A DNA stretch of 64,000 nucleotides, taken from Eledone cirrhosa (taxonomy: Eukaryota). Below, piece by piece: positions 38,675 to 52,076 of the stretch. A program made the translations under genes and the position numbers. How positions within the stretch are numbered: position 1 is the first letter of the stretch; the number at the start of each line of letters is the position of its first letter. The stretch spans positions 32,736,001 through 32,800,000 of the forward strand of contig OZ024752.1 in NCBI GenBank assembly GCA_964016885.1. The letters run 5' to 3'. Under the pieces are notes generated by a model, which saw nothing but the letters and a program-made list of their open reading frames with translations, did no database searches and was not told where the DNA came from.

Positions 38675-41600
38675 GAAAAAAAAGAAATATATATATATAT
38701 ATATATATACATATACATACATATATATACACACACACACACATACATACTCACACACACATATACACACACACATACATTAATAACAATAATAATAATA
38801 ATAATAACAACAATAATAATAACGACAACAACAATAATAATATACATATACATATACACACACACGCACACACAAGCATATCTACACACACACACACACA
38901 CACGATAGCAACTAACAGCGCTGCGATCGAATGTGGCTTTTTAGCCCAGCCAATGATCTAAAATGTCTTGCACAGAGTCGGCAATCAAAACATTTACTGG
39001 GAATAGTCGGCTGTGGTTGGAGTTCGTGTACTTTTGCATGTCGCTTGAGCCCTCCTGCTGATTTACATTCTCTACCACTTGTTTGGCAAGCATGATGAGT
39101 AGCATCTCCAACAGCAGCCTGGTAGTCAACCACTGGTCTTACTTTATGACTACGAAGATGACTTTCGAGTCCAACTTTGCTTAGGCAGAGACTCGCACAG
39201 ACGCTGCATGTCAGCACCATAGGAGAACCCTCGCCGTCTGGAAGTGCAACAGTCCTCACATCCCGCTTTACTTTCTCGTTTGCGATTCGAGATGCCTCAA
39301 AGGCAACTTTTCCCTCATATACAGTCTTTCTCCATTTATTACGATCAGCAGCAATATTCTCCCATGTATCAGCAGAGATGTTAGCGTCTTTCAGAGAGGC
39401 TTTCAAGGAATCCTTATACCTCTTTTTTGGTTTATGTGGCGGTCGTTTTCCTTTAACCAACTCTCCATAAAAGAGTTGTTTTGGTATTCTAGAATCCTTC
39501 ATCCTGGCAAGATGACCACTCCAACGGAGTCGTTGCTTAAGCACAAGAGCTTCTATACTGTCACACATAGAGCTTTCCAAAATCTCGACATCACTGATGT
39601 GGTCCCTCCAGTGAACGCCATGGATCCGTCTGAGACACATCTGATGGAAACGCTCCAATTGCTTAAGGTGGTGTCGATATGTGACCCAGGTCTCGCAGGC
39701 ATAAAGAAGACAAGAGAGCACACATGCCCTGTACACCTTTACCTTTGTCCTGCATATGTCTCGCCGACCCTAGAGTCGCCTTTCTAGCTTTCCGAAAGCA
39801 TCACTTGCTTTCCTAATCCTAAGTGAGATTTCACTGTCAAGGTTGCTGTATCGATTGACAGTGCTTCCCAGGTAGACAAACTGATCAACCACTCCAAGTC
39901 GTTTGCCATACACAAAGATGTTTGTTTCAGTGTACTGCTTACCAGGGGCAGGTTGGTACATGTCGACGGTTTTCTTGAGACTGACAGTCAGACCTCGGGC
40001 AGTGCAAGCGTCAGAAAATGCATTCAAAATGTGCTGCATATCACTCTCTGTGTGCGCTACAAGATCGCAATCATCTGCATACAAGAGGTCTCTTATGATT
40101 GATGTAAATACGTTTGTCTTCGCAGCAAAGCGCCTGATGTTAAATATGCTGCCTGAGGTTCGATATCGGATGTAAACACCATGCTCGCAATTCCTGAATG
40201 CAATACAGAAAACCATTGCAAAGTATATGGCAAACAGGGTCGGTGCTGGAATATCCCCCTGTTTCACTCCATGTTTTACTGAGATAGGCTCCGACATGTT
40301 ACCCCCGACATTAACCCAAGCCTTCATGTCGTCATGGAAAGACCTAACTAAAGCAAGGAACTTATCAGGGCAACCAAGTTTCTGGAGAACCTTCCATAAT
40401 GCATCTCTGTTAACAGTATCGAAAGCTTTTGTCAGATCGACAAAAACCTGATACAGATCCAAGCCTTGTTCCATGCACTTCTCCTGGAGCTGTCTAGCTG
40501 AGAAGATCATATCAGTAGTGCCGCGTCCAGCACGAAAACCAGATTGACTTTCAGGAAGAACACAATCTGCAATGTGTGTCAGCAGACGGTCCAGAAGCAC
40601 CCTACATAAAACTTTCCCTACGACAGAAAGCAATGATATACCTCTGTAGTTCCCACAATCGTTCCTGTTACCCTTTCCCTTGTACAAGACCACCATTACT
40701 GCATCTCTCCAGTCCTCAGGTACGGATTCATTAGCCCATATCCTGCCAAACAAAGAGTGAAGATGTTGCAGGAGTCTCTCACCACCATATTGTAGGAGCT
40801 CAGCATGTATGCCATCCTTACCTGGAGATCTTCCACTGTTCAGCTTCGAAATAGCCACTGCAACCTCCACAAGCGTCGGAGGTTCTGCGAGAGCTACTTT
40901 CACAGGGCTTTCTGGAATGAGATTGAGGAAATCTTCACTGACGACAGACGGCTGATTCAAAAGATCATCAAAGTGCTCTCGCCACCTTCGTAGAATTCCC
41001 TGTGAGTCACGAAGAAGTTCTTTGCCATCCTTGCTGCGAAGCGGTGTCACCAGAGAAGAAGACGGTCCATAAACCTCACGCAAGAGACTGTACAACACCT
41101 TTGTGTTATTGGAATCAGACGCAGTTTGTATCTCACCAGCCTTCTCACTCCACCACTGATCCTTCATCTGAGAAAGACTCCGCCTAACACGTGATTTTAC
41201 ATCCCTGAGTTCCTCATGCAACGTATTCCTCTCCTGTGGTTTTGCCGTCAAGTAGCGTGACAGAGCACGCCTCTTATCAGCCAACAAGTCTTCTATATGT
41301 ACATCATTCTCATTAAACCAGTCCTGATGTTTCCTCTGCGCCAATCCCAGAACACGCCTGCCTACATCATAAACCGACATTTTAAGGGTCGGCCAATCCT
41401 CACCAAGATCTGCAGCCTGCATCTCTTCTTCCAATGTCCTCTTCACATTTTTATCCTTAAGACGAGCAGCATTCAATCTTTTGGGCAGGGCAACACCAGG
41501 AGCCCGGATTTTACGTTTAGTGATTAGTTTCACTTTTGCGCGTACCAGGCGGTGGTCCGTCCAGCACTCAGCTCCACGAAGAACACGAACACACTGCACA

Positions 41601-42800
41601 TCCTGTCTGTCACGCATCCTGACTAGGACGTAGTCCAAAAGATGCCATTCCTTAGATGCAGGATGCATCCATGTGGTGTTGAATTTGTTCTTTTGTTGGA
41701 ACATGGTGTTGGTAACACACAGATCCAGCTCCTCACACATCTGCAGCATACCATTGTTGTTACACTTTCCCACCCCATGCCTTCCGATTACATTCCATGT
41801 GTTAAAATCCCTACCCACTCTAGCATTAAAGTCACCAAGCACGATGACTTTGTCTGCCTGAGCGATATTTCTTAAAACACCTTTCAAGGCATGGTAAAAG
41901 GACACTATTTCTTCATCGACAGAATTCATAGTTGGAGCATACACACTCACCAGGGTAGCATATCCTCCTTTGTCCAGCGGAACTCTCATGGACATAAGAC
42001 GCTCACTAATCCCTACTGGGAATTCTTCTAATTTATTCACAAGTACAGTCTTAACAGCAAATCCTACCCCAGCCTCTCTTCTGGTTCCTTCATCTCTTCC
42101 TTTCCAGAAGAATGTATATTCTCCACAAAATTCTGTAAGATGACCATCTCCAGCTAACATCATCTCAGATAAAGCCACGATGTCAAGATCGTAACGTCGA
42201 AGCTCCTTTGCAACAAGAGCGGTCCTTCGTTGAGGACGCTCCAAGGAATCCCTGTCAAGCAGCGTCCGTACGTTCCAGCAGCCAAGACTAAATGCCTTGT
42301 TTGGCTCTATTACAATGGCACGATGACGAGCGGGCCCAGGCTGTGATAACCTGGGGCCCCTGCCCTTATTGCCAATGATCTTTTTTGTTCCAGAACCTAA
42401 ATTGCCAATTATCTCTTTTATATTGTTCTGGAACATCATTGAATTGGAAAAAAAAAAAGTAATAATAATAGTAATAATAATAATAATAATAATAGTAATA
42501 GTACACTATTAATAATTATTAATGCACTCGTGCAATGCCTGTGCGTGACGAATATTTTTAAAGTGAGGAAAGACTGTGCACTGAGCCAATCCCACTCTCT
42601 GAGCGACAGCAGCTATAACCCGAAAAGAAGAAAAGATCAACATCATCGGTAACTACTGAGCCGCAGGTTTTATGTCGGAGTTAACCCAGTTTCCTGAGAT
42701 GCCTTCTCCTAGAAGAATGCCCTGACAAGGGCTAGGGGTTCTTCACTCCCAGTGGTTTAACTGCGCTTCGGGCATCCAACCCGATTATTTCTATGTCCTC
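38596..42800 (-). mobile_element. Near full-length RTE/BovB-type LINE
   Basis: 5'UTR with a TGGGAG...CTAGGAGAAGG...AAACC block (42525-42790), APE + RT ORF, 3' tail GGCCATACTCG..GGCAGCCATC at 38596-38640. Both UTRs are interrupted by microsatellites. Confidence 0.9.
38912..42310 (-). pseudogene. RTE APE endonuclease + RT + C2H2 zinc fingers, one frameshift near 39770
   Basis: WNVRTL, VALSE, SVYAPT, LGDFNARVG, LDYVL, TDHRLV; YRGISLL, ESQSGFR, FVDLTKAFD, GVKQG, LYADD, YLGS. The second frame continues YRACVLSCLLYACETW...LRWSGH. Confidence 0.93.
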
Positions 42801-42996
42801 GCGCGCGCGCGCAAAAAAAATCACTTATTGACACTTATACGTACGACATACACACACGCGCATACATATGCGCGCACACAGCAACACTCATACATACAAA
42901 CAAACACACACACGCTACTCTACTCACTTACACACACACACACACACACACATATATATTTATATAAGAACAAAAGATGGTTAAAAGAGTTCCATG

Positions 42997-43067
42997 TATT
43001 TTATTATGCGCATTTCAAAAACAAATATCATCATGCAATAATATTTGTGTTTTCATCAGATAAAACA
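42997..43067 (-). ncRNA. Type I hammerhead (family A)
   Basis: Same sequence as 18128-18198. Confidence 0.8.
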
Positions 43068-44068
43068 GGAAGACATGATATGAAGGTTAAAAAACACTTG
43101 TGGATAGTGCAGTTTTAAATCAACATATATATATATATATATATATTACCGTCATTACTGATACAAGATTACAAGATTATGTCAACTGTTGACTTTCAAG
43201 AGTTTGTATAGTTGAAGCCGATCGTACTACAGTCCAGTATTATTATAATTGCTTAGAGTTATGGCTCTCCACGCTCTGAGCTTAAATCCCGCCGAGGTCA
43301 ACCTTGCCTTTCATCCCCACGGAGTCAACAAAAGAGAGTACCAGTGATGCGCTGGGCCAGTCGCTGGATCCGTGCCAAAAGCAGAAAAATTATTATTAAA
43401 GTTGTTTTCTTAAAGCCCGGTCGCTGGTGATGATGATGGCGGCGGCGGTAGTGGTGGTGGCGGCAGCGGTAGTGGCGGTGGTGGCAGTTGATGTTGTTGT
43501 TGTGTTGTGTGCGTGTGTGTGTGTGTTTTGTTATTTTGAGTTTTTTTATTTATTTTTTTATTTTTTAAAAATCTTTTGATGCCGCTGTTGTTGTTGTTGT
43601 TGTAAATGTTCATTTCAGTTCATTCTGAAGCTGTTGTTGCTGTAAACATTAGTGCCGGTGTTGTTGTTGTAGATGTTGGGGTTGAAATCTGGTCGTTTGA
43701 CTAGGTGATATATATACACACATATACATACATATATATATATACACATTCAACAGAGAGTAGAGAGTTTGACAACAGGTCGATGACTTTAGTCTAGATA
43801 GGGTAATGACATGTGATGGTGGGGAGAGAGTGTAGACGTTATTGTGGTGGTGGGGGACAGTGAGATGTATCTAGTTCATTTGTCCGTTTTCTTCTCTTTA
43901 CAAAATTTGAATTTTAACCATGTTATATTGAGATGTAAGTAAATGTAAAATGTAAAATATAAATAAGGATTGCTCTGCTATATATATATATACCAAATCA
44001 ACTTTTTAAATGGAAGTTGCATTATTTTAAGGTATGTCAAATTTATTTATAAAACGGCTTATATATTG

Positions 44069-44136
44069 TATTTTGTCTGAGGAAGGCATACCATATTTTT
44101 TTAATATGATATCCCTGAAATATATATAATGAAATA
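44069..44136 (+). ncRNA. Type I hammerhead (family A')
   Basis: TATTTTGT-CTGAGGA-AGG..CATATT ttttt AATATG..CCT-GAAA-TATATA-TA-ATGAAATA. Confidence 0.75.
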
Positions 44137-44804
44137 AATATGGTTTTATAAATATAGTTTCCATTTGTTTAATATCGTATATATATATATATATACATAC
44201 ACACACATACATTCAGACATACATATATATATATATACATACATACACACACATACATTCAGACATATATATATATATATACATACATACACACACATAC
44301 ATTCAGACATATATATATATATATACATACATACACACACATACATTCAGACATATATATATATATATACATACATACACACACATACATTCAGACATAT
44401 ATATATATACATACATACACACACACATTCAGACATATATATATACACACACATACACACACATTCAGACATATATACACACACACATACACACACATAC
44501 ATTCAGACATATATATACACACACATACACATACACAGAGTCACACATTTTCTGCGAAGTCTTGTTATATTCGGGATACTATTACTAATATACACACGCA
44601 CTCACTCACTCACACACTCATACACACATATACACATATACACATGCACACACTTACACACACGTACATGTAAACAGACACACACACACACACACATTTT
44701 CTGAGACGTTTTGTTATAAACGGGACACTAATATACTAATAAGCCCCCGGCTGCACACCACACACACATACACACATACACACACACACACACACATATA
44801 CACA

Positions 44805-45330
44805 CTCTCTCTCCCACACACACACACTCTCTCTCTTCATCCCTATCTCTGGGCCTCCTATCTCTCACGGCCCCCCTCCCCCTCCCACTCTCACTCTCGA
44901 CTCTCTCTCTCACACGCTCGACCCCCCACCTTCACTCCCTCACACTCTCGAGACCCCTCATACTCCCCCCCCCTCTCTCTCTCTTTCTCTTGAACCCTCT
45001 CGCTCTCCCTCTCTCCACCCTCTCCCCTCCCTCTCCATTCTCCCCTCGCTCCCCCCTCTCCACTCCCTTCTCCCCCCCTCTCGCTCGCCCTCTCCCCCAT
45101 CTCTCCACCCCATCTCCCTCTCTCCACTCCCCTCGCGCTCCCCCCTCTCCACTCTCCCTCGCTCTCCCCCTCTCGCTCTCTCCTCCTCTCGCCCCACCCC
45201 CTCTCCCCCATATCCACTCCCCTCTCGCTCTCCCTCTCTCCACCCCCTCGCTCTCTCTCTCTCGATTCCCCCTCGCTCTCTATCGACCCCCCCGCTCTCT
45301 CTCTTTCCTTACTCTATCTCATCTCTATTT
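44805..45330. repeat. CT-rich low-complexity tract
   Basis: Polypyrimidine; the G/E/R-rich ORFs are artefacts. Confidence 0.9.
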
Positions 45331-45609
45331 ATCTCACACACATTTGGTACCATTTAGTAGAATCCCTAATCCAATAAAACTTTACAATGTCACCAGGTTT
45401 TACCCTCTCTTCTTTCTGTCACTGTCTCCCATCTTTGGGATATATCTCATCTATTTTCTGTGACTAATTCATACATAAAAGTAGTTGAATGTAAGTACAC
45501 ACACACACATACATACATACATACACATACACACACACACACACACATACACATACACACACATACACACATTTATACATACAGGCGCACACAGACGTAC
45601 ACACACGCA

Positions 45610-46978
45610 TACACGTATAGACAAACAGACTTGCATACATACACATGTATACATACACATGTATATACAAACAGACTTGCATACATACACATGTATACAT
45701 ACACATGTATACATACACATGTATACACACACATGTATACATACACATGTATAGACAAACAGACTTGCATACATACACATATATAGACATACACACGTAT
45801 AGACAAACAGACTTACATACATACACATGTATACATACACACGTATAGACAAACAGACTTACATACACATGTATACACACACATGTATAGACATACGCAC
45901 GTATAGACAAACAGACTTGCATACATACACATGTATAGACATACACACGTATAGACAAACAGACTTGCATACATACACATGTATACATACACATGTATAG
46001 ACAAACAGACTTACATACACACACATGTATACATACACATGTATAGACAAACATATTTACATACACACACATATATACATACACATGTATAGACAAACAG
46101 ACTTGCATACACACACATGTATAGACATACACACGTATAGACAAACAGACTTTCATACATACACATGTATACATACACACGTATAGACAAACAGACTTAC
46201 ATACATACACATGTATACATACACATGTATAGACAAACAGACTTGCATACATACACATGTATACATACACACGTATAGACAAACAGACTTACATACATAC
46301 ACATGTATACATACACACGTATAGACAAACAGACTTACATACATACACATGTATACATACACACGTATAGACATCAGACTTGCATACATACACATGTATA
46401 CATACACATGTATAGACAAACAGACTTGCATACACACACATGTATACATACATACGTATAGACAAACAGACTTGCATACATACACATGTATACATACACA
46501 CGTATAGACAAACAGACTTGCATACACACACATGTATAGACATACACACGTATAGACAAACAGACTTGCATACACACACATGTATACATACACACGTATA
46601 GACAAACAGACTTGCATACATACACATGTATAGACATACACACGTATAGACAAACAGACTTACATACACACACATGTATACATACACACGTATAGACAAA
46701 CAGACTTACATACATACACATGTATACATACACACGTATAGACAAACAGACTTGCATACATACACATGTATACATACACACGTATAGACAAACAGACTTG
46801 CATACACACACATGTATACATACACACGTATAGACAAACAGACTTACATACACACACATGTATACATACACATGTATAGACAAACAGACTTACATACACA
46901 CACATGTATACATACACACGTATAGACAAACAGACTTACATACACACACATATATACATACACACGCATAGACAAACA
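45610..46978. repeat. 46-bp minisatellite
   Basis: atagacaaacagacttgcatacatacacatgtatacatacacacgt, roughly 28 copies. Confidence 0.93.
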
Positions 46979-46981
46979 CAT

Positions 46982-47500
46982 TTAAAAATGCTTGGTTATC
47001 TGTTCTGGTTCACTGTGCTTTGAGTTCAAATCCCACTGAGGTCAACTTCGCCTTTCATCCATTCGAGGTCGATAAGAAAAAAGTACCAGTTAAGTACTGG
47101 GGTCGAATTCTTCTTCTATATTTCTTTCCCATTTCCATTCTCTCACTCACTCTATCCTTTCCAGGAAGAAATCTGTTGTAATGAGACCTGGAGAAGAGAT
47201 GGGCTCTGCTAGGTTTTAAAAAGTGCCATAGAAACACCGTATCTCAATACAGCGTCTCTACGACTTCTTCGGGCGTTGCATTCTCTGTTAAAGGCGGCGT
47301 TGGAAGGGGGTTAAAATGTCTGGTTATCTGTTTTGATTCTCTGTTCTCTTCATTCAAATACCTCTGACTCAACTTTGTCTTTCATGCTTTCAAAGTCGAT
47401 AAATAAAGTATCAGTCAAGTACTAAGGTTAGTTTCTTCCTCTATATCTCTTTATCACTTTCTTTCACTATCTTTCTTTCTTTGGAAGAAACCGGCCATAT
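46982..47500 (+). mobile_element. Two tandem SINE-derived composite repeats (relative at 12160-12390)
   Basis: ttaaaaatg..tggttatctgtt...ttcaaat...ctttcat..gtcgata..aagtact...ttcttc.tctatat...ggaagaaa occurs twice. Confidence 0.6.
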
Positions 47501-50037
47501 TCTGATCTGGAAAGGGATTATCTCTGCCAGGTTTACAATGTCCCAAGACCCACTGTTCTGATCTGGAAAGGGATTATCTCTGCCAGGTTTACAATGTCCC
47601 AAGACCCACTGTTCTGATCTGGAAAGGGATTATCTCTGCCAGGTTTACAATGTCCCAAGACCCACTGTTCTGATCTGGAAAGGGATTATCCCTGCCAGGT
47701 TTACAATGTCCCAAGACCCACTGTTCTGATCTGGAAAGGGATTATCTCTGCCAGGTTTGCAATGTCCCAAGACCCACTGTTCTGATCTGGAAAGGGATTA
47801 TCTCTGCCAGGTTTACAATGTCCCAAGACCCACTGTTCTGATCTGGAAAGGGATTATCCCTGCCAGGTTTACAATGTCCCAAGACCCACTGTTCTGATCT
47901 GGAAAGGAATTATCTCTGCCAGGTTTACAATGTCCCAAGACCCACTGTTCTGATCTGGAAAGAGATTATCTCTGCCAGGTTTACAATGTCCCAGGACCCA
48001 CTGTTCTGATCTGGAAAGGGATTATCTCTGCCAGGTTTACAATGTCCCAAGACCCACTGTTCTGATCTGGAAAGGGATTATCTCTGCCAGGTTTACAATG
48101 TCCCAAGACCCACTGTTCTGATCTGGAAAGGGATTATCTCTGCCAGGTTTACAATGTCCCAAGACCCACTGTTCTGATCTGGAAAGGGATTATCTCTGCC
48201 AGGTTTACAATGTCCCAAGACCCACTGTTCTGATCTGGAAAGGGATTATCTCTGCCAGGTTTACAATGTCCCAAGACCCACTGTTTTGATCTGGAAAGGG
48301 ATTATCTCTGCCAGGTTTACAATGTCCCAAGACCCACTGTTCTGATCTGGAAAGGAATTATCTCTGCCAGGTTTACAATGTCCCAAGACCCACTGTTCTG
48401 ATCTGGAAAGAGATTATCTCTGCCAGGTTTACAATGTCCCAAGACCGACTGTTCTGATCTGGAAAGGGATTATCTCTGCCAGGTTTACAATGTCCCAGGA
48501 CCCACTGTTCTGATCTGGAAAGGGATTATCTCTGCCAGGTTTACAATGTCCCAAGACCCACTGTTTTGATCTGGAAAGGGATTATCTCTGCCAGGTTTAC
48601 AATGTCCCAAGACCCACTGTTCTGATTTGGAAAGGAATTATCTCTGCCAGGTTTACAATGTCCCAAGACCCACTGTTCTGATCTGGAAAGAGATTATCTC
48701 TGCCAGGTTTACAATGTCCCAAGACCCACTGTTCTGATCTGGAAAGGGATTATCTCTGCCAGGTTTACAATGTCCCAGGACCCACTGTTCTGATCTGGAA
48801 AGGGATTATCTCTGCCAGGTTTACAATGTCCCAAGACCCACTGTTCTGATCTGGAAAGGAATTATCTCTGCCAGGTTTACAATGTCCCAAGACCCACTGT
48901 TCTGATCTGGAAAGAGATTATCTCTGCCAGGTTTACAATGTCCCAAGACCCACTGTTCTGATCTGGAAAGGGATTATCTCTGCCAGGTTTACAATGTCCC
49001 AGGACCCACTGTTCTGATCTGGAAAGGGATTATCTCTGCCAGGTTTACAATGTCCCAAGACCCACTGTTCTGATCTGGAAAGGAATTATCTCTGCCAGGT
49101 TTACAATGTCCCAAGACCCACTGTTCTGATCTGGAAAGAGATTATCTCTGCCAGGTTTACAATGTCCCAGGACCCACTGTTCTGATCTGGAAAGGGATTA
49201 TCTCTGCCAGGTTTACAATGTCCCAAGACCCACTGTTCTGATCTGGAAAGGAATTATCTCTGCCAGGTTTACAATGTCCCAAGACCCACTGTTCTGATCT
49301 GGAAAGAGATTATCTCTGCCAGGTTTACAATGTCCCAAGACCCACTATTCTGATCTGGAAAGGGATTATCTCTGCCAGGTTTACAATGTCCCAGGACCCA
49401 CTGTTCTGATCTGGAAAGGGATTATCTCTGCCAGGTTTACAATGTCCCAAGACCCACTGTTTTGATCTGGAAAGGGATTATCTCTGCCAGGTTTACAATG
49501 TCCCAAGACCCACTGTTCTGATCTGGAAAGGAATTATCTCTGCCAGGTTTACAATGTCCCAAGACCCACTGTTCTGATCTGGAAAGAGATTATCTCTGCC
49601 AGGTTTACAATGTCCCAAGACCCACTGTTCTGATCTGGAAAGGGATTATCTCTGCCAGGTTTACAATGTCCCAGGACCCACTGTTCTGATCTGGAAAGGG
49701 ATTATCTCTGCCAGGTTTACAATGTCCCAAGACCCACTGTTCTGATCTGGAAAGGGATTATCTCTGCCAGGTTTACAATGTCCCAAGACCCACTGTTCTG
49801 ATCTGGAAAGGGATTATCTCTGCCAGGTTTACAATGTCCCAAGACCCACTGTTCTGATCTGGAAAGAGATTATCTCTGCCAGGTTTACAATGTCCCAAGA
49901 CCCACTGTTCTGATCTGGAAAGAGATTATCTCTGCCAGGTTTACAATGTCCCAAGACCCACTGTTCTGATCTGGAAAGGGATTATCTCTGCCAGGTTCTG
50001 ACCTGGAAAGGGATTGTCTCCGTTAGGTTTACAATGT
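47501..50037. repeat. 56-bp satellite, about 45 copies, with higher-order structure
   Basis: ctgttctgatctggaaagggattatctctgccaggtttacaatgtcccaagaccca; no spacers. Confidence 0.97.
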
Positions 50038-50040
50038 CTA

Positions 50041-50292
50041 AAGAGCGTAGTCAGATTCCCAGGACATTGTTGTAGAGGTAAAGACGAAATTGTTAGCGAA
50101 AAACTTTTGTGGAAAGCTACGCAAGGAAGAGCTAGCAGAGGACGACAAGCTAAGACCTAAATCAAGCAGATTTGTGACGACATAAACTGCGATCCCTCTG
50201 ACTTGCCAAATATGATGAACAACATCATTGGATGGCAACAGAGAATCACAGGAATCAGTGCAAGCAGTGGGATCTGTTGAATGATTGATTGA
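50041..50292 (+). pseudogene. Diverged RTE-X-like LINE 3' fragment
   Basis: RFPGHCCRGKDEIVSEKLLWKATQGRASRGRQAKT*IKQICDD...GWQQRI, ending in (TGAT)-like repeats. Confidence 0.6.
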
Positions 50293-50808
50293 ATATATCC
50301 AAGGCACACATCTTACGACTCTACCGAGAGTTAAGGGACCTTTACCTTATAAACCGTAAAGTTGACTCCAATAGTTGACTGGTACTAGTTTTTATCGACC
50401 TCGGAAGAACGAAAAGTAAATTGAAATCTGACCGAATTTGAAATAAGACCGTGAAGAGATGTAATTAAATAGCACAGTACGTTTTGCTTGGCGCTCTACT
50501 GATTATAAAAAAACCAACAAAAGAATTTGAGTGTGTGTGTGTGTGTATGTATGTATATATGTATGTATATGTAGGTGTGGCAATAGTGGCTTAAATTGGT
50601 GTGTTGACTTAATTTATCTATTAGAAAAACATCATCAAGTTATTAAGATGATGGTTGTATCAGGTGATGGGGGGTAATGGTGTGAGGGTGGGGGTTGTTA
50701 AAAACTGTGATGTTAATAACAGGAGAGAGAGAGAAAGGTGAGAAGGGGAGAGAGGAGCCGAGAGAGGGAGAGAGAGAGAGAGAAGCAGGATTTGAGTGTG
50801 TGAGTATA

Positions 50809-50844
<36 letters not shown>

Positions 50845-50847
50845 TTG

Positions 50848-50918
<71 letters not shown>

Positions 50919-50919
<1 letters not shown>

Positions 50920-51180
50920 TAAGGCGGGTAAAATTCCCGAGATCCATGGACGAGTTCTCTCCAGCGGTCTCTGTCCCTCATTATCGCTGCCATGTCCTGC
51001 GTCTCCAACAGACCAGTGTCTGTCCTTAGGGCATCAACATATGTTAACCTTCGTCTTCCTCTTCCAGTGTGTCCATGTAGGGTCTCCCACAGGAGCACTG
51101 AGTGCAATGTCAACTCTGGATGTCGGTGAGCATGTCCAGCTAACCTCAATCTCCTCTGTGTCACTTTTGAGCTGACTTTT
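50919..51180 (-). mobile_element. RTE-X-like LINE 3' end in (TA)n
   Basis: Near-identical to 2241-2528. Confidence 0.85.
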
Positions 51181-51282
51181 ATATATATATATATATATAC
51201 GTTATTCCGGGTTGAATCGGAGGTAACCACAGTAAGTAAGGTACTCAATACATAGCAGAGTATAAAAGTTTTAATATAGATG

Positions 51283-51333
51283 AGATTCTACAGGACTAGA
51301 ACTGTTTCATTCTTTAGAAATCATCAGGAATCT
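51283..51333 (-). ncRNA. Type I hammerhead (family B) in a PLE-type 3' module (51199-51842)
   Basis: AGATTC-CTGATGA-T TTC TAAA GAA T-GAAA-CAG ttctagtc CTG-TA-GAATCT. Confidence 0.87.
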
Positions 51334-51573
51334 GGGTATCAAAAAATAAAAATGGTATTTATAGGTCTCTACAAGTGGTAGGAGAGGGTGGGGAGTGGGA
51401 TGGGTGTAGGTCATTGGTTGATAGAAAAGGGAATTCATTAAAAGCTAATTCTACAAAGCTATAGTTTATTTTTATTTTTATTTATTTATGTTTTTAGAGT
51501 AACAAAGGCAGACAGAATTCTATAAACAGGTTCCGGATGGCATACCATTCCTTGTCATTAAGTTTCTCTTAAG

Positions 51574-51757
51574 GTCGGTGGATTGGCAGTATCGGTAGAG
51601 GGTCGGACGCCATGCTTTCCAGCATAGTTACGTCCCTTTACGATCTGAGTTCAAATCCCGCCGAGGTTGACTTTGCCTTTCATCCTTACGGGGTCGATAA
51701 AATAAAGTACCAGTAATGCACTGGGTAATTGCTGGCCTTGTGCCTAAAGTAGAAACA
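51574..51757 (+). mobile_element. Full-length young tRNA-derived SINE
   Basis: A box TGGCAGTATCGG, B box GAGTTCAAATCC; 17-bp TSD ATTAAGTTTCTCTTAAG at 51557-51573 and 51758-51774. Confidence 0.9.
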
Positions 51758-52019
51758 ATTAAGTTTCTCTTAAGCTAACAGATGTCTATAAGATCAGTGG
51801 GGGGTCAGTCATGGTAGAAAGAATTAAAGAAAAGGGAGATTCTATATATATGTGTGTGTGTATAACAAAGAGGGTGTGGTAAGATAACAGGTGGACCATA
51901 ACGCACCAGAGTCCTCAATACTTAGGGTAGTAGAGTGGTTAATAGGAAAAGAGACAGGACCCCGACGGATCTAGCTGTTGAAATGGCCGGAGCTCAGTCG
52001 TCGGGGTCCTGACTCTTTT

Positions 52020-52076
<57 letters not shown>

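Noticed and set aside
42310-42439. N-terminal ~43 aa of the 889-aa RTE ORF
   Set aside because: Lies before the APE start motif in sequence that looks like a separate insertion; chance read-through.
42690-42790. HDV-like ribozyme at the RTE 5' end (GATGCCC/GGGCATT could be P1)
   Set aside because: I could not place P3, P1.1 or J4/2 by hand; an Infernal search would be decisive.
47501-50037. CRISPR-like array (palindromic repeats)
   Set aside because: No unique spacers, no cas genes, eukaryotic context; it is a satellite.
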